A stretch of 64,000 nt of DNA from Polyangiales bacterium. Its GTDB lineage: Bacteria; Myxococcota_A; Polyangia; Polyangiales; Ga0077539. A model generated the notes under the pieces. The model did not search any database. It was given only the letters and a program-made list of their open reading frames with translations, and had not been told where the DNA came from. Position 1 is the first letter of the stretch; every line of letters starts with the position of its first letter. Position numbers and translations under genes: made by a program. Of this stretch, positions 43,698 through 55,164 are shown piece after piece. The DNA is taken from assembly GCA_044229975.1 (NCBI GenBank), contig JBGARZ010000005.1:224001-288000 (forward strand), in the 5' to 3' direction.

Positions 43698-44912
43698 TCA
43701 GCGGCAGTAGCGGGCGCCCGCGGAGAGCGGGGCGACGAGCGCGCGGTAGTCGTTGTTGAGCTGACCGCCGCGGCGATCGCCCGTGAAGCGATAGTAGTAG
43801 GCGTTGGCGGGCGCGATGCCGGCGGCGTCGTAGGCCTGGGCGTCGGTGTCGGTGTTGCCGAAGGCGTAGTCCACGGGGTGCCCCAGGCGCGAGCGTAGGA
43901 TGAGCAGCTCGTCGCGCTTGAAGGTGAACGCGGGCGCGCCAGTGCCTCCGGTGAGGTTGAGCATGGTGTGGACGAGCCCCGGCGGGAGCCCTCGCTCGCG
44001 CACCCACTGGTGCGTCCGCGCGACGAGCCACTCGGGTCGCGCCGTGAGGTAGAAGACGATGTACCCGCGGCGCGCGAGGGCCCAGAGCGCCTCGGGGGCG
44101 CCCACGTTGACGGCAGGCGAGGCGCCGCCGAAGACGGCGAGCCACTCGGCGGTCTCGTTCTCGGTGAGGGTTCCGTCGACGTCGGACACGACGACGTGGG
44201 CGCCGGTGGGCAGCACCTCGATGTACTGATCGGCGAAGGTGTGGTCGCCCCGAACGACGAAGCGCAGGCGATGACGGCCAACACCGAGGCGCGCCGACGC
44301 GGGGATGGGGAAGTACACGTAGCCGCCGTTGTCGACGACGCCCTCGATGGTCGGGTGGGCGTTGTCCATGGTGGTGCGAGCCTCGCCGAGCCGCTCCCAG
44401 GTGCGGCAGTCTCGGAGGAGAAACACCTCGACGTCCTCGTCCGTGAGGTCGTCGTCGGCGGGCCCGTAGGCGAAGCGCGCGATGCCCCACTGCGCGTCGC
44501 CCTCACGCAGGAAGAGGTCACGGCCGCGGTGCCGCTGCGGGGTGAGGACCGTGAGCCGGGTGGTGAGGTGACGCCACGGCGCGATGGCGGAGGGCGTGGG
44601 CGCCGCGACGTCGCACCGCGGAGGCTCATCGCAGGAGGCGCTCACATCCTCGGCGACCGACGCGACGTCCACCGCAGGAGCAACATCCTCGGCGGCAGGG
44701 ACATCCTCGGAGGCAGGGACGTCCTCGGCAGCGGGCGCATCGACCACCGCCACAGGAACATCGATCGCTCCCGTGTCGAGGTCAGGCAGCTCCGGGAGGA
44801 GGAAGGCGTCGGAGCCGCTGTCGCGGGTGGTGGCGGGCGAGGCCTGATCGGCGCCGCCGCTGCACGCCGTCAGGGTGATGAGGAGGGTGAGACAGGCGGT
44901 AGGTAGGCGCAT
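43698..44912 (-). CDS. Lipoprotein with LNS2/PITP-type (lipin/Nir-like) HAD domain
   Basis: Lipobox LTAC, then Ig-like region, SDVDGTLT, YLTARP and YAFGNTDTDAQAY. Confidence 0.75.
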   Translation of the reverse strand: MRLPTACLTLLITLTACSGGADQASPATTRDSGSDAFLLPELPDLDTGAIDVPVAVVDAPAAEDVPASEDVPAAEDVAPAVDVASVAEDVSASCDEPPRCDVAAPTPSAIAPWRHLTTRLTVLTPQRHRGRDLFLREGDAQWGIARFAYGPADDDLTDEDVEVFLLRDCRTWERLGEARTTMDNAHPTIEGVVDNGGYVYFPIPASARLGVGRHRLRFVVRGDHTFADQYIEVLPTGAHVVVSDVDGTLTENETAEWLAVFGGASPAVNVGAPEALWALARRGYIVFYLTARPEWLVARTHQWVRERGLPPGLVHTMLNLTGGTGAPAFTFKRDELLILRSRLGHPVDYAFGNTDTDAQAYDAAGIAPANAYYYRFTGDRRGGQLNNDYRALVAPLSAGARYCR

Positions 44913-44960
44913 CGCGTCGGCGAATCTCGCACGGGCGATCGCGTGACGGAATGGTGCCGG

Positions 44961-45665
44961 TCAGGTGTAGGCGAGGTCGGCGACGGTCTGGAGCCCGTTG
45001 GTGGTGCTCTCGATGTTGGAGACGAACGCCTTGGGCACGATGAGGTCGATGCCCCCGACGAGGTTGGCCGCGTTGGGCGTCACCGACCCCTTGAGGAGGA
45101 GGTAGAGCACGATGAAGTGCTGCGTCTCGTCGCCCTCGATGGTCGTCGCCAGGAAGCGCCGAGCGGTGGTGCTGAGCGCGCGCACCGCGCCGTTGTAGGC
45201 GACGGCCGCGCCCTTCTCGGCATTGCACGCGAGCTTGAGCACGTTGAGGATCGTGGCGGTGAAGCCCGCGGGGGCCGTGAAGGTCACCGACGCTTCGGTC
45301 ACCGGCGTGGCGCCAGCGGCGCGAACGGCCGTGACGATCTGCGCGGCGTGGTCGCGGTGCTGCTGCTGGAAGCGCGCGGCGACGGCGAGGAGCACCGGCG
45401 CGCTGGCGGCCTGCGGGTCGCCCACCGGGGGCGCCATGAGGATGGCCGCGCCGGCGTCGTAGGCCTTGATGGCCTGGTACTCGGCGGTGAGCAGCGCGTT
45501 GAGGACGACGCCGTCCTCGGCGGTGGTGCCCGCGTCGGCGCCGCCATCGGTGCCCGGGGTCTGGGTGGTGGCATCGTCGGAGCAGGCTTCGACGGCTGCT
45601 GCGACGCCCACGATGGCGGCGCCGCGGAGCATGTTGCGACGGGAGACGTTCTCTTCGATGGACAT
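44961..45665 (-). CDS. Ferritin-like domain protein with Tat lipoprotein leader
   Basis: SRRNML..VEAC leader, LNALLTAEY, HRDH, NAEK and ETQH. Confidence 0.8.
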   Translation of the reverse strand: MSIEENVSRRNMLRGAAIVGVAAAVEACSDDATTQTPGTDGGADAGTTAEDGVVLNALLTAEYQAIKAYDAGAAILMAPPVGDPQAASAPVLLAVAARFQQQHRDHAAQIVTAVRAAGATPVTEASVTFTAPAGFTATILNVLKLACNAEKGAAVAYNGAVRALSTTARRFLATTIEGDETQHFIVLYLLLKGSVTPNAANLVGGIDLIVPKAFVSNIESTTNGLQTVADLAYT

Positions 45666-45687
45666 GACTGATTGCCTCCGCGCTGGG

Positions 45688-46344
45688 TCAGTAGGTGAAG
45701 TCGGGGACGTCCTGGAGCCCGGTGGTGCCCGACCCGAGTCGGGACACGAAGGCCTGCGGGACGACGTCGGCGGGCACCACCGTCGACGACGGCGCGACGA
45801 TGCCGTTGGCGAGCAGAAACAGCACGATGAAGTGCTGCGTCTCGACCCCACCGATGGCGGCGACGACCTCCGCGGAGGTCTGCACGCTCAGGGTCTTGAG
45901 CGTGTCGGCGTAGGCGATGGCCGCGGCCTTCTCGGCGTTGCAGGCGAGGCGGATGACGTTGAGCACGCCCGCGCGAAAGCTCGGCGGCGCGGTGAACATC
46001 ACGCTGCTCTCGGCGACGGGCGTCCCGCCGCTGGCGGTGATGATGCTCGCGAGCTTGGCGGCGTGCTCGCGGTGCTGCGACTGGAAGTGCACCGCGACGG
46101 CGAGCGCCGCGGGGGCGACCGCCGCCTGCGGATCACCCGCCGGCGGACTCATCAAGATGCCCGCGCCCGCGGTGTACGCCGCGATGGCCCCGTACTCGGC
46201 GGCGAGCAGCGCGTTGAGGAGCGGCAGGTCTTGCATCGGCTGCGCTTCGGCCGCCTGAGGCTTGAGCACCGTCGAGACAGCGACCGCCGCGGAGAGAGCG
46301 CCCGCGCCCTTGAGCACGGACCGACGTGACACGTCTTCCAACAT
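45688..46344 (-). CDS. Ferritin-like domain protein with Tat signal peptide
   Basis: SRRSVLK..AEA|Q leader. Paralogue of the downstream gene. Confidence 0.8.
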   Translation of the reverse strand: MLEDVSRRSVLKGAGALSAAVAVSTVLKPQAAEAQPMQDLPLLNALLAAEYGAIAAYTAGAGILMSPPAGDPQAAVAPAALAVAVHFQSQHREHAAKLASIITASGGTPVAESSVMFTAPPSFRAGVLNVIRLACNAEKAAAIAYADTLKTLSVQTSAEVVAAIGGVETQHFIVLFLLANGIVAPSSTVVPADVVPQAFVSRLGSGTTGLQDVPDFTY

Positions 46345-46547
46345 GGTTTCCCTGTTCCTTCCATCCCACCCACGGAATGTGGCTTTGGCACATCGTCAGA
46401 TGCGCGTTGGGGAAACGCCGTCGCATGTCGCGATGGATTTCCCAGAATCACCGGTGAGCGCGCGATGATGACATCGGCACTACCGACAACTCGTCCGTAG
46501 CGTTTAGGGGATTGACGTGGAGGCGGAAGGGAGAAGGGGCCGAGGCG

Positions 46548-47831
<1,284 letters not shown>

Positions 47832-48021
47832 CAGACCAGTGTCCTCTCAGAGCGATGCGTTTGCCGTTCGGGTGCGGAGAATACGCAAAGCGCCGCGGAG
47901 GTCCATGGGGTTCGGCGATTGCGTCTTCAAGCGCCTGCGCGCGTCGGCGGGGACCGACGAAACAGGGCTGAAGTGAGGCGTGGCGCCGCCCAGCGGACAG
48001 CGCACCGCGCGGGGGTTGAGC

Positions 48022-49824
48022 TCAGCCGGGGATGGAGTTGGCGTCGGTCGGGACGATGATGAAGACCTGGATGGTGTCGAGCACCGACGAGGCGCGGCCG
48101 AGCACCTCGATGGTCGCGCGGAAGAGCTGCGCCGACCCCGACGTGTTGCGGTGGAAGTCGTTGAAGAAGGTCACCTCGAAGGTGACCACCGTCGACGGCG
48201 ACACGTTGTAGAAGGTCGTGTCGTCCATGCGGTCGAAGCCCGTGGGCGCCGCGGGAGCGCCGCGCAACGGGACGATGCGCTGCATGAAGTCGGAGGTCTG
48301 GCGCCCGGCCATGAGGCGGGTCTCCATGGCGTCGGCGACCCCGCGGCGCGTGACGTCCTGGCGGGTGCCTTGCGCGAGCGTGGTGATGGCGGTGATGACG
48401 TTGGCGCTCACCGTCGACGGAGCGCCGCGGAACGCGATGGGCATCCCCGCCGCGTCGAAGGTGCGCGAGTCGCGCGCGAGGGAGATGGAGTTGGCGTACG
48501 TCGACCCGACGCCGACATCGATGCCGATGAAGTACGCCTCGCGCCGACGAAACTCCGCGACGAGCTGCGTGTAGACCGCCGCGGTGGGGACGCTGCCGTA
48601 GAAGTTGCCCGTCGGCATGGATGGGCCGTTGTGCCAGTCGGCGTCGGAGAAGAGCACGATGATGGGCACGCGGCCCGGGCTGAAGCAGCCCCAGCCGTAG
48701 GCGCCCGCCACGCCGCCGCAGTCGGAGGGGGTCGCTTCGCGCGTGGCGGTGCCGCGGTACGCCGGGAGCCCGAAGCCAGAGAGGAGCGAATGCATCGCCG
48801 CGACGGGCGCCTCGGGCCCATCGCCGCCGCCCGAAGCCGCCATGCGGGTCGTGGCGTTTTGCGAGAGCATCGCGTTGGCGTTGAGGGGCTGGAGCACCTG
48901 CAGCGCGTAGTCGCCGGCGCCGCCCTCGGCGAAGTCGCGGTGATCGGCCATGCCGTAGCGGACGTCGGAGCCGGGCCCGATGGCGCGCACGATGCCGGGC
49001 ACGATCACCGTGCTCAGCTCGCTGCGCACGGCGTTGATGGTGCCGGTCATCGACCCGGTGGTGTCGACCAGGAACATGATGTCCGCGCTGCGGATGCGCG
49101 TGGAGAAGTCGAACGACCGCGTCTGCGGGCCCGTCGGATCCATGTACGGGAGCGTCACGTAGAGCGAGCCCTCGGGCGGGCGGCTCGTCATGTCGAGGGG
49201 GTTGCTCCCCGCGGCGCTCTCCACGAGGTCGCCCACGCCGTCGCCGTCGGTGTCGGCAGCGCACGGGTCGGTGTGCGTGCGCATCGCCTCCTCGCGATCG
49301 ACGAGGCCGTCGTTGTCCGAGTCGCGGTCGCGGTGGTTGGCGAGCCCGTCCATGTCGCAGTCGTTGGGGAGCTCGCCGCAGGTGAGCTCGGGCCGGGCCG
49401 ACGAGGCGAAGCCCGCGTAGTTGCGCCGCCCCTCGTCGAGGTCGGTGATGCCGTCGTCGTCGCTGTCGGTGTTCTGGTAGTCGGGCGGCGCGCCGGCCGT
49501 CATCGCCGTGCGCAGGAAGGGCGACCCTTCGAGGTCGTCGGAGATGCCGTCGCCGTCCTCGTCGCGGCAGGGCGGCGGACCCGTGTCGACCCCGATGTCA
49601 CGTGGCACCACCGCCCCGTCGCTCCTCACGCCCGAGTCGGGCGTGACCCCGCCGTCGCGACCGTTGGGAACATCGGCCCCCCGTGGCACATCGACGCGCC
49701 CCGCATCGCGGCGCACCCCGCCGTCAGCGACCGAGCCGTCGGCGTTGATGATGAGCTGGTAGTTGTCTCGGGGAGCACAGGCGCTCGCGACGATCGCGGC
49801 GGCCAGGAGGGCGCGGACCTTCAT
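48022..49824 (-). CDS. Lipoprotein with Ca-binding DxDxDG (TSP3-like) repeats and VWA domain
   Basis: Leader ending SAC. DEDGDG/DSDDDG/DTDGDG repeats and MIDAS motif DTTGSM. Confidence 0.82.
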   Translation of the reverse strand: MKVRALLAAAIVASACAPRDNYQLIINADGSVADGGVRRDAGRVDVPRGADVPNGRDGGVTPDSGVRSDGAVVPRDIGVDTGPPPCRDEDGDGISDDLEGSPFLRTAMTAGAPPDYQNTDSDDDGITDLDEGRRNYAGFASSARPELTCGELPNDCDMDGLANHRDRDSDNDGLVDREEAMRTHTDPCAADTDGDGVGDLVESAAGSNPLDMTSRPPEGSLYVTLPYMDPTGPQTRSFDFSTRIRSADIMFLVDTTGSMTGTINAVRSELSTVIVPGIVRAIGPGSDVRYGMADHRDFAEGGAGDYALQVLQPLNANAMLSQNATTRMAASGGGDGPEAPVAAMHSLLSGFGLPAYRGTATREATPSDCGGVAGAYGWGCFSPGRVPIIVLFSDADWHNGPSMPTGNFYGSVPTAAVYTQLVAEFRRREAYFIGIDVGVGSTYANSISLARDSRTFDAAGMPIAFRGAPSTVSANVITAITTLAQGTRQDVTRRGVADAMETRLMAGRQTSDFMQRIVPLRGAPAAPTGFDRMDDTTFYNVSPSTVVTFEVTFFNDFHRNTSGSAQLFRATIEVLGRASSVLDTIQVFIIVPTDANSIPG

Positions 49825-49913
49825 CGGATACTCCAGCGTCGCAGGGGGCGGGCGACGCGGGGAGGGACTCTATCGTCGATCGCCGCGGCGCGACAATCGC
49901 CGATGGTCGCCGA

Positions 49914-50618
49914 TCAGGCGCGGCCCGCGTGCTGCGCGGCGGTGCGGCGCGCGAGACCCACCGCGTCGTGCACGGTGAGCCCGCAATCACCGGTCGAGAC
50001 CAGGCCCTCACGGCTCCAGCGCGACAGGGTGCGGATGGTTGTCTCCACCGTGGTGCCGACCAGCGCGGCGAGCTCGGCGCGCGTGAGCCGCAGCGGAATG
50101 AGCGTCGAGCCGTCTTCCATCTCGTCGCCGAAGCGCTCTCCGAGCTCCATCAGCGTCGTGGCGAGGCGCTCTTCGGCCGACGCCGTGAACAGCGCGAGCC
50201 GACGATTGGCCACCGCGCCCTGCCGGCCGAGCCCCGTCGCCATGGCCACGGCCGCCGAGCCCGAGCGCTCGAGCGCCGCGAGCATCACCTCGCGCGGGAC
50301 CCTCACCACCACGGCCGTCTCGGTCAGCGCGAAGGCGTCGGCGTCGTAACACCCGCCCTCCAGCGACTCGGCGTCACCGACGCTCTCCCCCGGGCCCGCG
50401 AGGCCCAGCACCAGATCGCGCGAGGGCCCACCCGGCATCAGGACCTTCACCAGACCGTGCCCCACCAGCACGAAGTGGCTCGCCGTCTCCCCCGATCTCC
50501 AGACCGCCTCGCCTCGCCGCAGGCGCTGCTGCGTCGCCGTCTTCGCGACCTCCTCGCTCGCATCTGCCGTCAACCGAGAGAGCGCTGCGTGTCGCCGAAT
50601 GACCGATCGAACGTCCAT
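49914..50618 (-). CDS. Crp/Fnr-family transcriptional regulator
   Basis: cNMP-binding-like domain plus LTRAELAALVGTTVETTIRTLS HTH. Confidence 0.9.
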   Translation of the reverse strand: MDVRSVIRRHAALSRLTADASEEVAKTATQQRLRRGEAVWRSGETASHFVLVGHGLVKVLMPGGPSRDLVLGLAGPGESVGDAESLEGGCYDADAFALTETAVVVRVPREVMLAALERSGSAAVAMATGLGRQGAVANRRLALFTASAEERLATTLMELGERFGDEMEDGSTLIPLRLTRAELAALVGTTVETTIRTLSRWSREGLVSTGDCGLTVHDAVGLARRTAAQHAGRA

Positions 50619-50904
50619 AGAGTTCCTCCAAAGTTCGGGAATGCTCCGATACGTGTGCAACGCACGGACCAGCGCCCCCGTACCCCATGATGTATTCCCG
50701 ACCCACCACGCTTTTTCATGGCGTTTTGGTGTTGAACCTGGGCGGCCGGGCGAGGCCCGCCACCAGGGGCGACGTGTGACAGCTCAAGCGTGGGGGTGCG
50801 CAGGAAGTATCGTCCCCGGACCGCAGCGCCCTGTCCGCGTGGCTCACCGTCGATCTTGTTGAAGGTCTTGCGCCTCTCGCGCATCTGTTGCTACCGAACT
50901 CCCC

Positions 50905-51972
50905 GTGAACTCTCGACGCGCTGGGTGGTCGTCCGCTTCCGTGGTGGCCTTGCTCCTCGCGGGCTGCGGCGACGACAACAACCGCCTGCTCGACGCGGGC
51001 CCCGAAGACCTTGGCGTCGTCGAGATGGACATCCCCTCCACCGACCTCGGCACACCCGACACAGGCTCCACGGACGTCGGCACCGACCGCGGAACCGTGG
51101 TCGACGCGGGCTCCATTGACGTGGGCTCCACCGACATCGGGTTGATGGACGTGAGCGATGTCGCGTCGGCCGATCGTCCCGACGTGGTGATCGTCGACGC
51201 AGGCCACCCCGACACGGGCACCGTCGATGCGACCTCCACGCTCGACGCGGGCAACCCGGATGCCGGTGTCTCCGACGTGGGCACCGCCGACGCGAGCTCG
51301 CCGCGCGGAACGCCCACGCTCGACGGCATCATCGGCAGCGACTGGCCCGCCGGCGCGCTGGTCTCGACCAACACCATCGCGTCGGCGTGGGATGGCAACT
51401 CGCTGCGCTCCATTCGCGTCGCGTGGGACAGCACGCGGCTCTACCTCGGCATCGACGGGACGGTGCAGACCAACAACGCGATGCTGGTGTTTATCGACCG
51501 CGACTACGTGGCGGGCATGACCCCGACGGGCGCGCCCATCGTCTCGGCGCTCTCCGACGGCATGGGGTCGCTCGACAACTCCATCTCCTGCAACGTCACC
51601 GAGGCCCCGTCGGGCTTCGGCGTCGACATGGTGTGGGGCACGCGCGGCATGCTCTCCAAGACCGCCGACCAGGTGCTCGACAACGTCGGCCTGCGCGAGG
51701 TCGGCTGCACCGCCTGCCGCAGCGACTTCCGCTGGACCATGGGCGACGCCGTCGTCTGCGTGGGCGGCGCGTCCCCGTCGTGCGAGGTCGCCATCGAGTG
51801 GACCGCCCTCTACGGCGGCGCCCCTCCCCCGGTGCCTTCGCTCGGGCTCTTCGTCCGCATCACCAACGCCGAGGGCAACGACCTCAGCAACAACCAGAGC
51901 CTCCCGGAGCAGGCCGCGGGCGTCGCACCCACCGTCGCGCGGCGGGTGCTCTCGTTCACACCCAACCTGTGA
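50905..51972 (+). CDS. Lipoprotein with Asp/Thr-rich linker and DOMON/CBM9-like domain
   Basis: Lipobox LAGC, then PTLDG...VAWDSTRLYLGI...VFID. Confidence 0.6.
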   Translation: MNSRRAGWSSASVVALLLAGCGDDNNRLLDAGPEDLGVVEMDIPSTDLGTPDTGSTDVGTDRGTVVDAGSIDVGSTDIGLMDVSDVASADRPDVVIVDAGHPDTGTVDATSTLDAGNPDAGVSDVGTADASSPRGTPTLDGIIGSDWPAGALVSTNTIASAWDGNSLRSIRVAWDSTRLYLGIDGTVQTNNAMLVFIDRDYVAGMTPTGAPIVSALSDGMGSLDNSISCNVTEAPSGFGVDMVWGTRGMLSKTADQVLDNVGLREVGCTACRSDFRWTMGDAVVCVGGASPSCEVAIEWTALYGGAPPPVPSLGLFVRITNAEGNDLSNNQSLPEQAAGVAPTVARRVLSFTPNL

Positions 51973-53775
51973 TTACCGGGCCTCCGCGGCGCTCGCGGGG
52001 ATGAGCAGCAGGTACTCGCCGCGCTCGTCGGTCGTCGCCCGCGCCACGCGCAACACGACGCCCCGAGCGTCGCCCTCGCGCAGCCGCACCAGCGCCTCGA
52101 CGGTCGCGCCGGGCGCGCGAGCACCGTTGGCGTCGAGCACCGTCCCGCGCACCTGCACCGGGGCTTCGAGCGTCGCGTCGAAGTCCATCACCCGGCGGGC
52201 GACGCACACCGGCGCGCCGAGCGTCACCGGGAAGCCAGAGCTCTCGGCCGGCTCGATGAGGAGACGATACAGACCCGGGTTGAGGTCGAGCTGATAGCCG
52301 CCATCGGCGCCCGTCACCGCGTAGCCCGGCGTGGCGCGGCTCGACAGCGCGCGCAGGTCGGGCTCATCGAGGCAGGGGTTGGTCGGCGCGGCGTCGTGGT
52401 AGGGCACCGCGGTCACGCGGGCGTTGCGAACCGCCAGCCCGTCGCGACCGAGCACCCGGCCCGCGAGCGAAGGCCGCGGCGCCAGCGCAAACACCTGCCC
52501 CGCCTGCTGCGTCGCGTCGGCCCGCACCCGGAAGCCGTGCTGCACCGAGCTGCGCAGCGTGTCGCCCGGCGGCGTGATGGTGACGTCGTAGTCGCCAGGG
52601 ACGAGCCACGCGCGAAACGTTCCGTCGGCCTCGGTCTGCACCCGCGACTCGTACCAGGCCGTGGCGCCCGCGATGCCCGTCGGGGGCGTGAGCGCGGTAC
52701 GCAACGTCACCGTCGCGCCCCGCACCGGACGACCCGCGCCCTCCACCACGGCGGCCTCGACCGAGGCGCGCACGTCGACGCAGCCCACGCACGGACCGTT
52801 GGGCATGGGGGCGCCCGGCACCACGGTGTGGGCCGCGGAGGCGTGGGTGAGACCCGTGACGTCGGAGAGCAGCACGCGCAGGTCGCGGCCGCTCGGGGCA
52901 GCGGCGGCGAGCGACGCGCGCGGGATGTCGATGACCACCCCGGCGCCCATGCCGTCGTCGGACGAGAGGCGCAGCGTCCACGCGTCGGGGCCGCCCGGCG
53001 CCATGTCGCAGGCGAAGCGCCCGGCGCTGCCTTCGGTTCCGTCGCCCGCGGTGGAGCTCACCGTCGAGAGCACGCGGTTGTTGGCGGAGGGGTCGACCGC
53101 GCGCACGGAGAAGCCCGGGATGCGCTGCCCGAGGTCGCCCTCGATGACGCCCTCCCAACGCGCGTAGCTGGTCGGGTAGGCGATGTCGAAGCGCTGCGTG
53201 AGCGACCCGGCGCGCACCTCGAACCCGCGCTCGAAGCGCGGCGGAACCGTCGCCGCCAGCGTCGAAGCGGGGCGCACCACCACGTCGAAGAGCCCTTCGG
53301 TGAGCGTGGCCGACCACGTCGCGAGGTCGCGGTTGGTAGCGAGGCCGTACTCGGGGACCGTTCCGGCGACGGCCTGCACGGGCGTGCTGACTCCGCCAAG
53401 GTCGGACGGGGTGAACTCCAGCGTGGCCGGGACGTAGCGGCCCATCGGGGTCGCATCGGGCACCGTCACCACGCCGTAGACCGTGCGCGGCGCGCGGAGG
53501 GTGAGGTTGACGCGCTCGTCGACGTTGATGCTCCGCGGGCGGGTGAGCGTGGGGTAGGCGTTGGCGCTCGCGGCCGACGGCGCCACCGTGAAGAACACCT
53601 CCGTGCGAGCGCGCGAGACGCACCGCCGGGTCGTGCGATCGCAGGTGGCGCCTGCCATGCAGTCGGTGTCGGCGTTGCACACCTCGACGCGGCCCCCGAC
53701 GACCGGGCTGCCGTCGTCGAGGCAGGCCGGACCGAAGGCCGCGAGGCACAGGAGGGCGATGAAGCGCGCCCTCAC
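51973..53775 (-). CDS. Lipoprotein with carboxypeptidase-regulatory-like (prealbumin-fold) repeats
   Basis: Leader ending GPAC, then repeated GRV...G..V..ARV and T.ADG.Y.L.L.PG.Y motifs. GTGA overlap. Confidence 0.7.
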   Translation of the reverse strand: MRARFIALLCLAAFGPACLDDGSPVVGGRVEVCNADTDCMAGATCDRTTRRCVSRARTEVFFTVAPSAASANAYPTLTRPRSINVDERVNLTLRAPRTVYGVVTVPDATPMGRYVPATLEFTPSDLGGVSTPVQAVAGTVPEYGLATNRDLATWSATLTEGLFDVVVRPASTLAATVPPRFERGFEVRAGSLTQRFDIAYPTSYARWEGVIEGDLGQRIPGFSVRAVDPSANNRVLSTVSSTAGDGTEGSAGRFACDMAPGGPDAWTLRLSSDDGMGAGVVIDIPRASLAAAAPSGRDLRVLLSDVTGLTHASAAHTVVPGAPMPNGPCVGCVDVRASVEAAVVEGAGRPVRGATVTLRTALTPPTGIAGATAWYESRVQTEADGTFRAWLVPGDYDVTITPPGDTLRSSVQHGFRVRADATQQAGQVFALAPRPSLAGRVLGRDGLAVRNARVTAVPYHDAAPTNPCLDEPDLRALSSRATPGYAVTGADGGYQLDLNPGLYRLLIEPAESSGFPVTLGAPVCVARRVMDFDATLEAPVQVRGTVLDANGARAPGATVEALVRLREGDARGVVLRVARATTDERGEYLLLIPASAAEAR

Positions 53776-54338
53776 GGCTGCACCATGAAGCCGCAGGACG
53801 AGACGGGGTTGACCACGCCGCCGTCGGCGGTCGAAGGCGTCCGCGGACGGACGAAGATCCACCAGGTCTGGAAGGCGATGTCACCCTCGCGCTCGGGCGT
53901 GCGGAAGTTGCCGCTCTGCGGGATGCGCGAGGAGACGTAGAGGTCGACGCGGTTGCAACCGACGTCGGGGAACGTGATGACCCGCGTGATCACCCGCCGT
54001 CGCATGCCGTCGGGCGGAACCTCACCCAGTCGACGCACCGGCTCGCAGGAGACGCCGCCGTCGCGCGCCACGCAGTCGCGGTCTTCGTTGACGAAGAACT
54101 GGTACTGCATCGAGTCGTTGACGCCGTCGTCGTCGACGGGAACACGAAACTCCAGCGTGGTGATGTCCTCCCCCTCGTCGATCTCGATCAGCCCTCCGAG
54201 GCGCGGCGAGGTGAAGCCCTGCACGTCCCTGATCTGCGGCACCGTGATCGGCGGAGGGACGCGCACCTCTTCGGTGCGGGTGATGAGGCACGACGGCAAG
54301 CAAGCTGCGACGGCAAGCATCAAGGTGGTGCGACCCAT
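53772..54338 (-). CDS. Hypothetical lipoprotein
   Basis: Leader ending LPSC, coupled to the downstream gene. Confidence 0.65.
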   Translation of the reverse strand: MGRTTLMLAVAACLPSCLITRTEEVRVPPPITVPQIRDVQGFTSPRLGGLIEIDEGEDITTLEFRVPVDDDGVNDSMQYQFFVNEDRDCVARDGGVSCEPVRRLGEVPPDGMRRRVITRVITFPDVGCNRVDLYVSSRIPQSGNFRTPEREGDIAFQTWWIFVRPRTPSTADGGVVNPVSSCGFMVQP

Positions 54339-54534
54339 GACAGCGAGAACCGTACCACAGGCCCTCAAAAGCCTGTCAAACAAGTGTTTTGGCGAACATC
54401 GAGGGGATGATGCGACCCCACACACTGACAATCGTGTCGCGGTGTCGGGGCCGCTACATGTCGGACATATCCTGTCTCCGACGGATGGAGAGAGCGGGTG
54501 CCTTCGGGCGGGCGAACCACTACGATGCGCGGCG

Positions 54535-55164
54535 ATGATTGGCCGACTGCATGGGCGGGTGGTGTCCGAGTCTCCCGACGGACTGGTGGTGGTCGACGTG
54601 GTGGGCGTCGGCTACGAGGTGTTGATCCCGCTGGGCACGCTCGGGCGGTGCGCACCCGATGCCGAGGGGCGGGTGACGTTGCAGGTGGTGACCCACGTGC
54701 GCGAAGACGCGATCACCCTCTTCGGCTTCGCCAACGACCGCGAGCGCTCGGCCTTCCGGCTGCTCACAGCGGTGGCGGGCGTGGGTCCGCGCACGGCCGT
54801 CTCGGTGCTGAGCGTGCTGCCCTCGGGCGAGCTCGCGCAGGCCGTGGCGGGTGGGGACGTGCGGCGGTTGCAGTCGGTTCCGGGCGTGGGCAAGCGCATC
54901 GCCGAGCGCCTGGTGCTGGAGCTGAAGGACAAGCTCACCGGGCTGTCGTCGGGCTCGTCCGAGGGGCCGTGGCCGACCGTGGGCGCGACGGTGTCGACGG
55001 GTGCGTCGGCGGCGGCCGGTCCGTCGGGCGCGCTGGTGGCGGCGCTGGTCAACATGGGCTTCAAGCCCGCCGAGGCCGAGCGCACGGCGGCCGAGCTCGG
55101 GCCGCGACTCAACGAGCCGCTCGACGTCCTCGTGCGCGAATCACTCCGACGGCTTGTCCGCTGA
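54535..55164 (+). CDS. ruvA: Holliday junction branch migration protein RuvA
   Basis: MIGRLHG, GVGYEV, HVREDAITLFGF, GVGPRTA and PGVGKRIAERLVLELKDK. Confidence 0.96.
   Translation: MIGRLHGRVVSESPDGLVVVDVVGVGYEVLIPLGTLGRCAPDAEGRVTLQVVTHVREDAITLFGFANDRERSAFRLLTAVAGVGPRTAVSVLSVLPSGELAQAVAGGDVRRLQSVPGVGKRIAERLVLELKDKLTGLSSGSSEGPWPTVGATVSTGASAAAGPSGALVAALVNMGFKPAEAERTAAELGPRLNEPLDVLVRESLRRLVR

Noticed and set aside
50619..50904. CRP/FNR binding site near the Crp-family gene
   Set aside because: Only a half-site (TGTGA) is visible, with no convincing palindrome.
54535..55164. ruvA without adjacent ruvB/ruvC
   Set aside because: Split ruv loci are common, and absence cannot be judged from one window.
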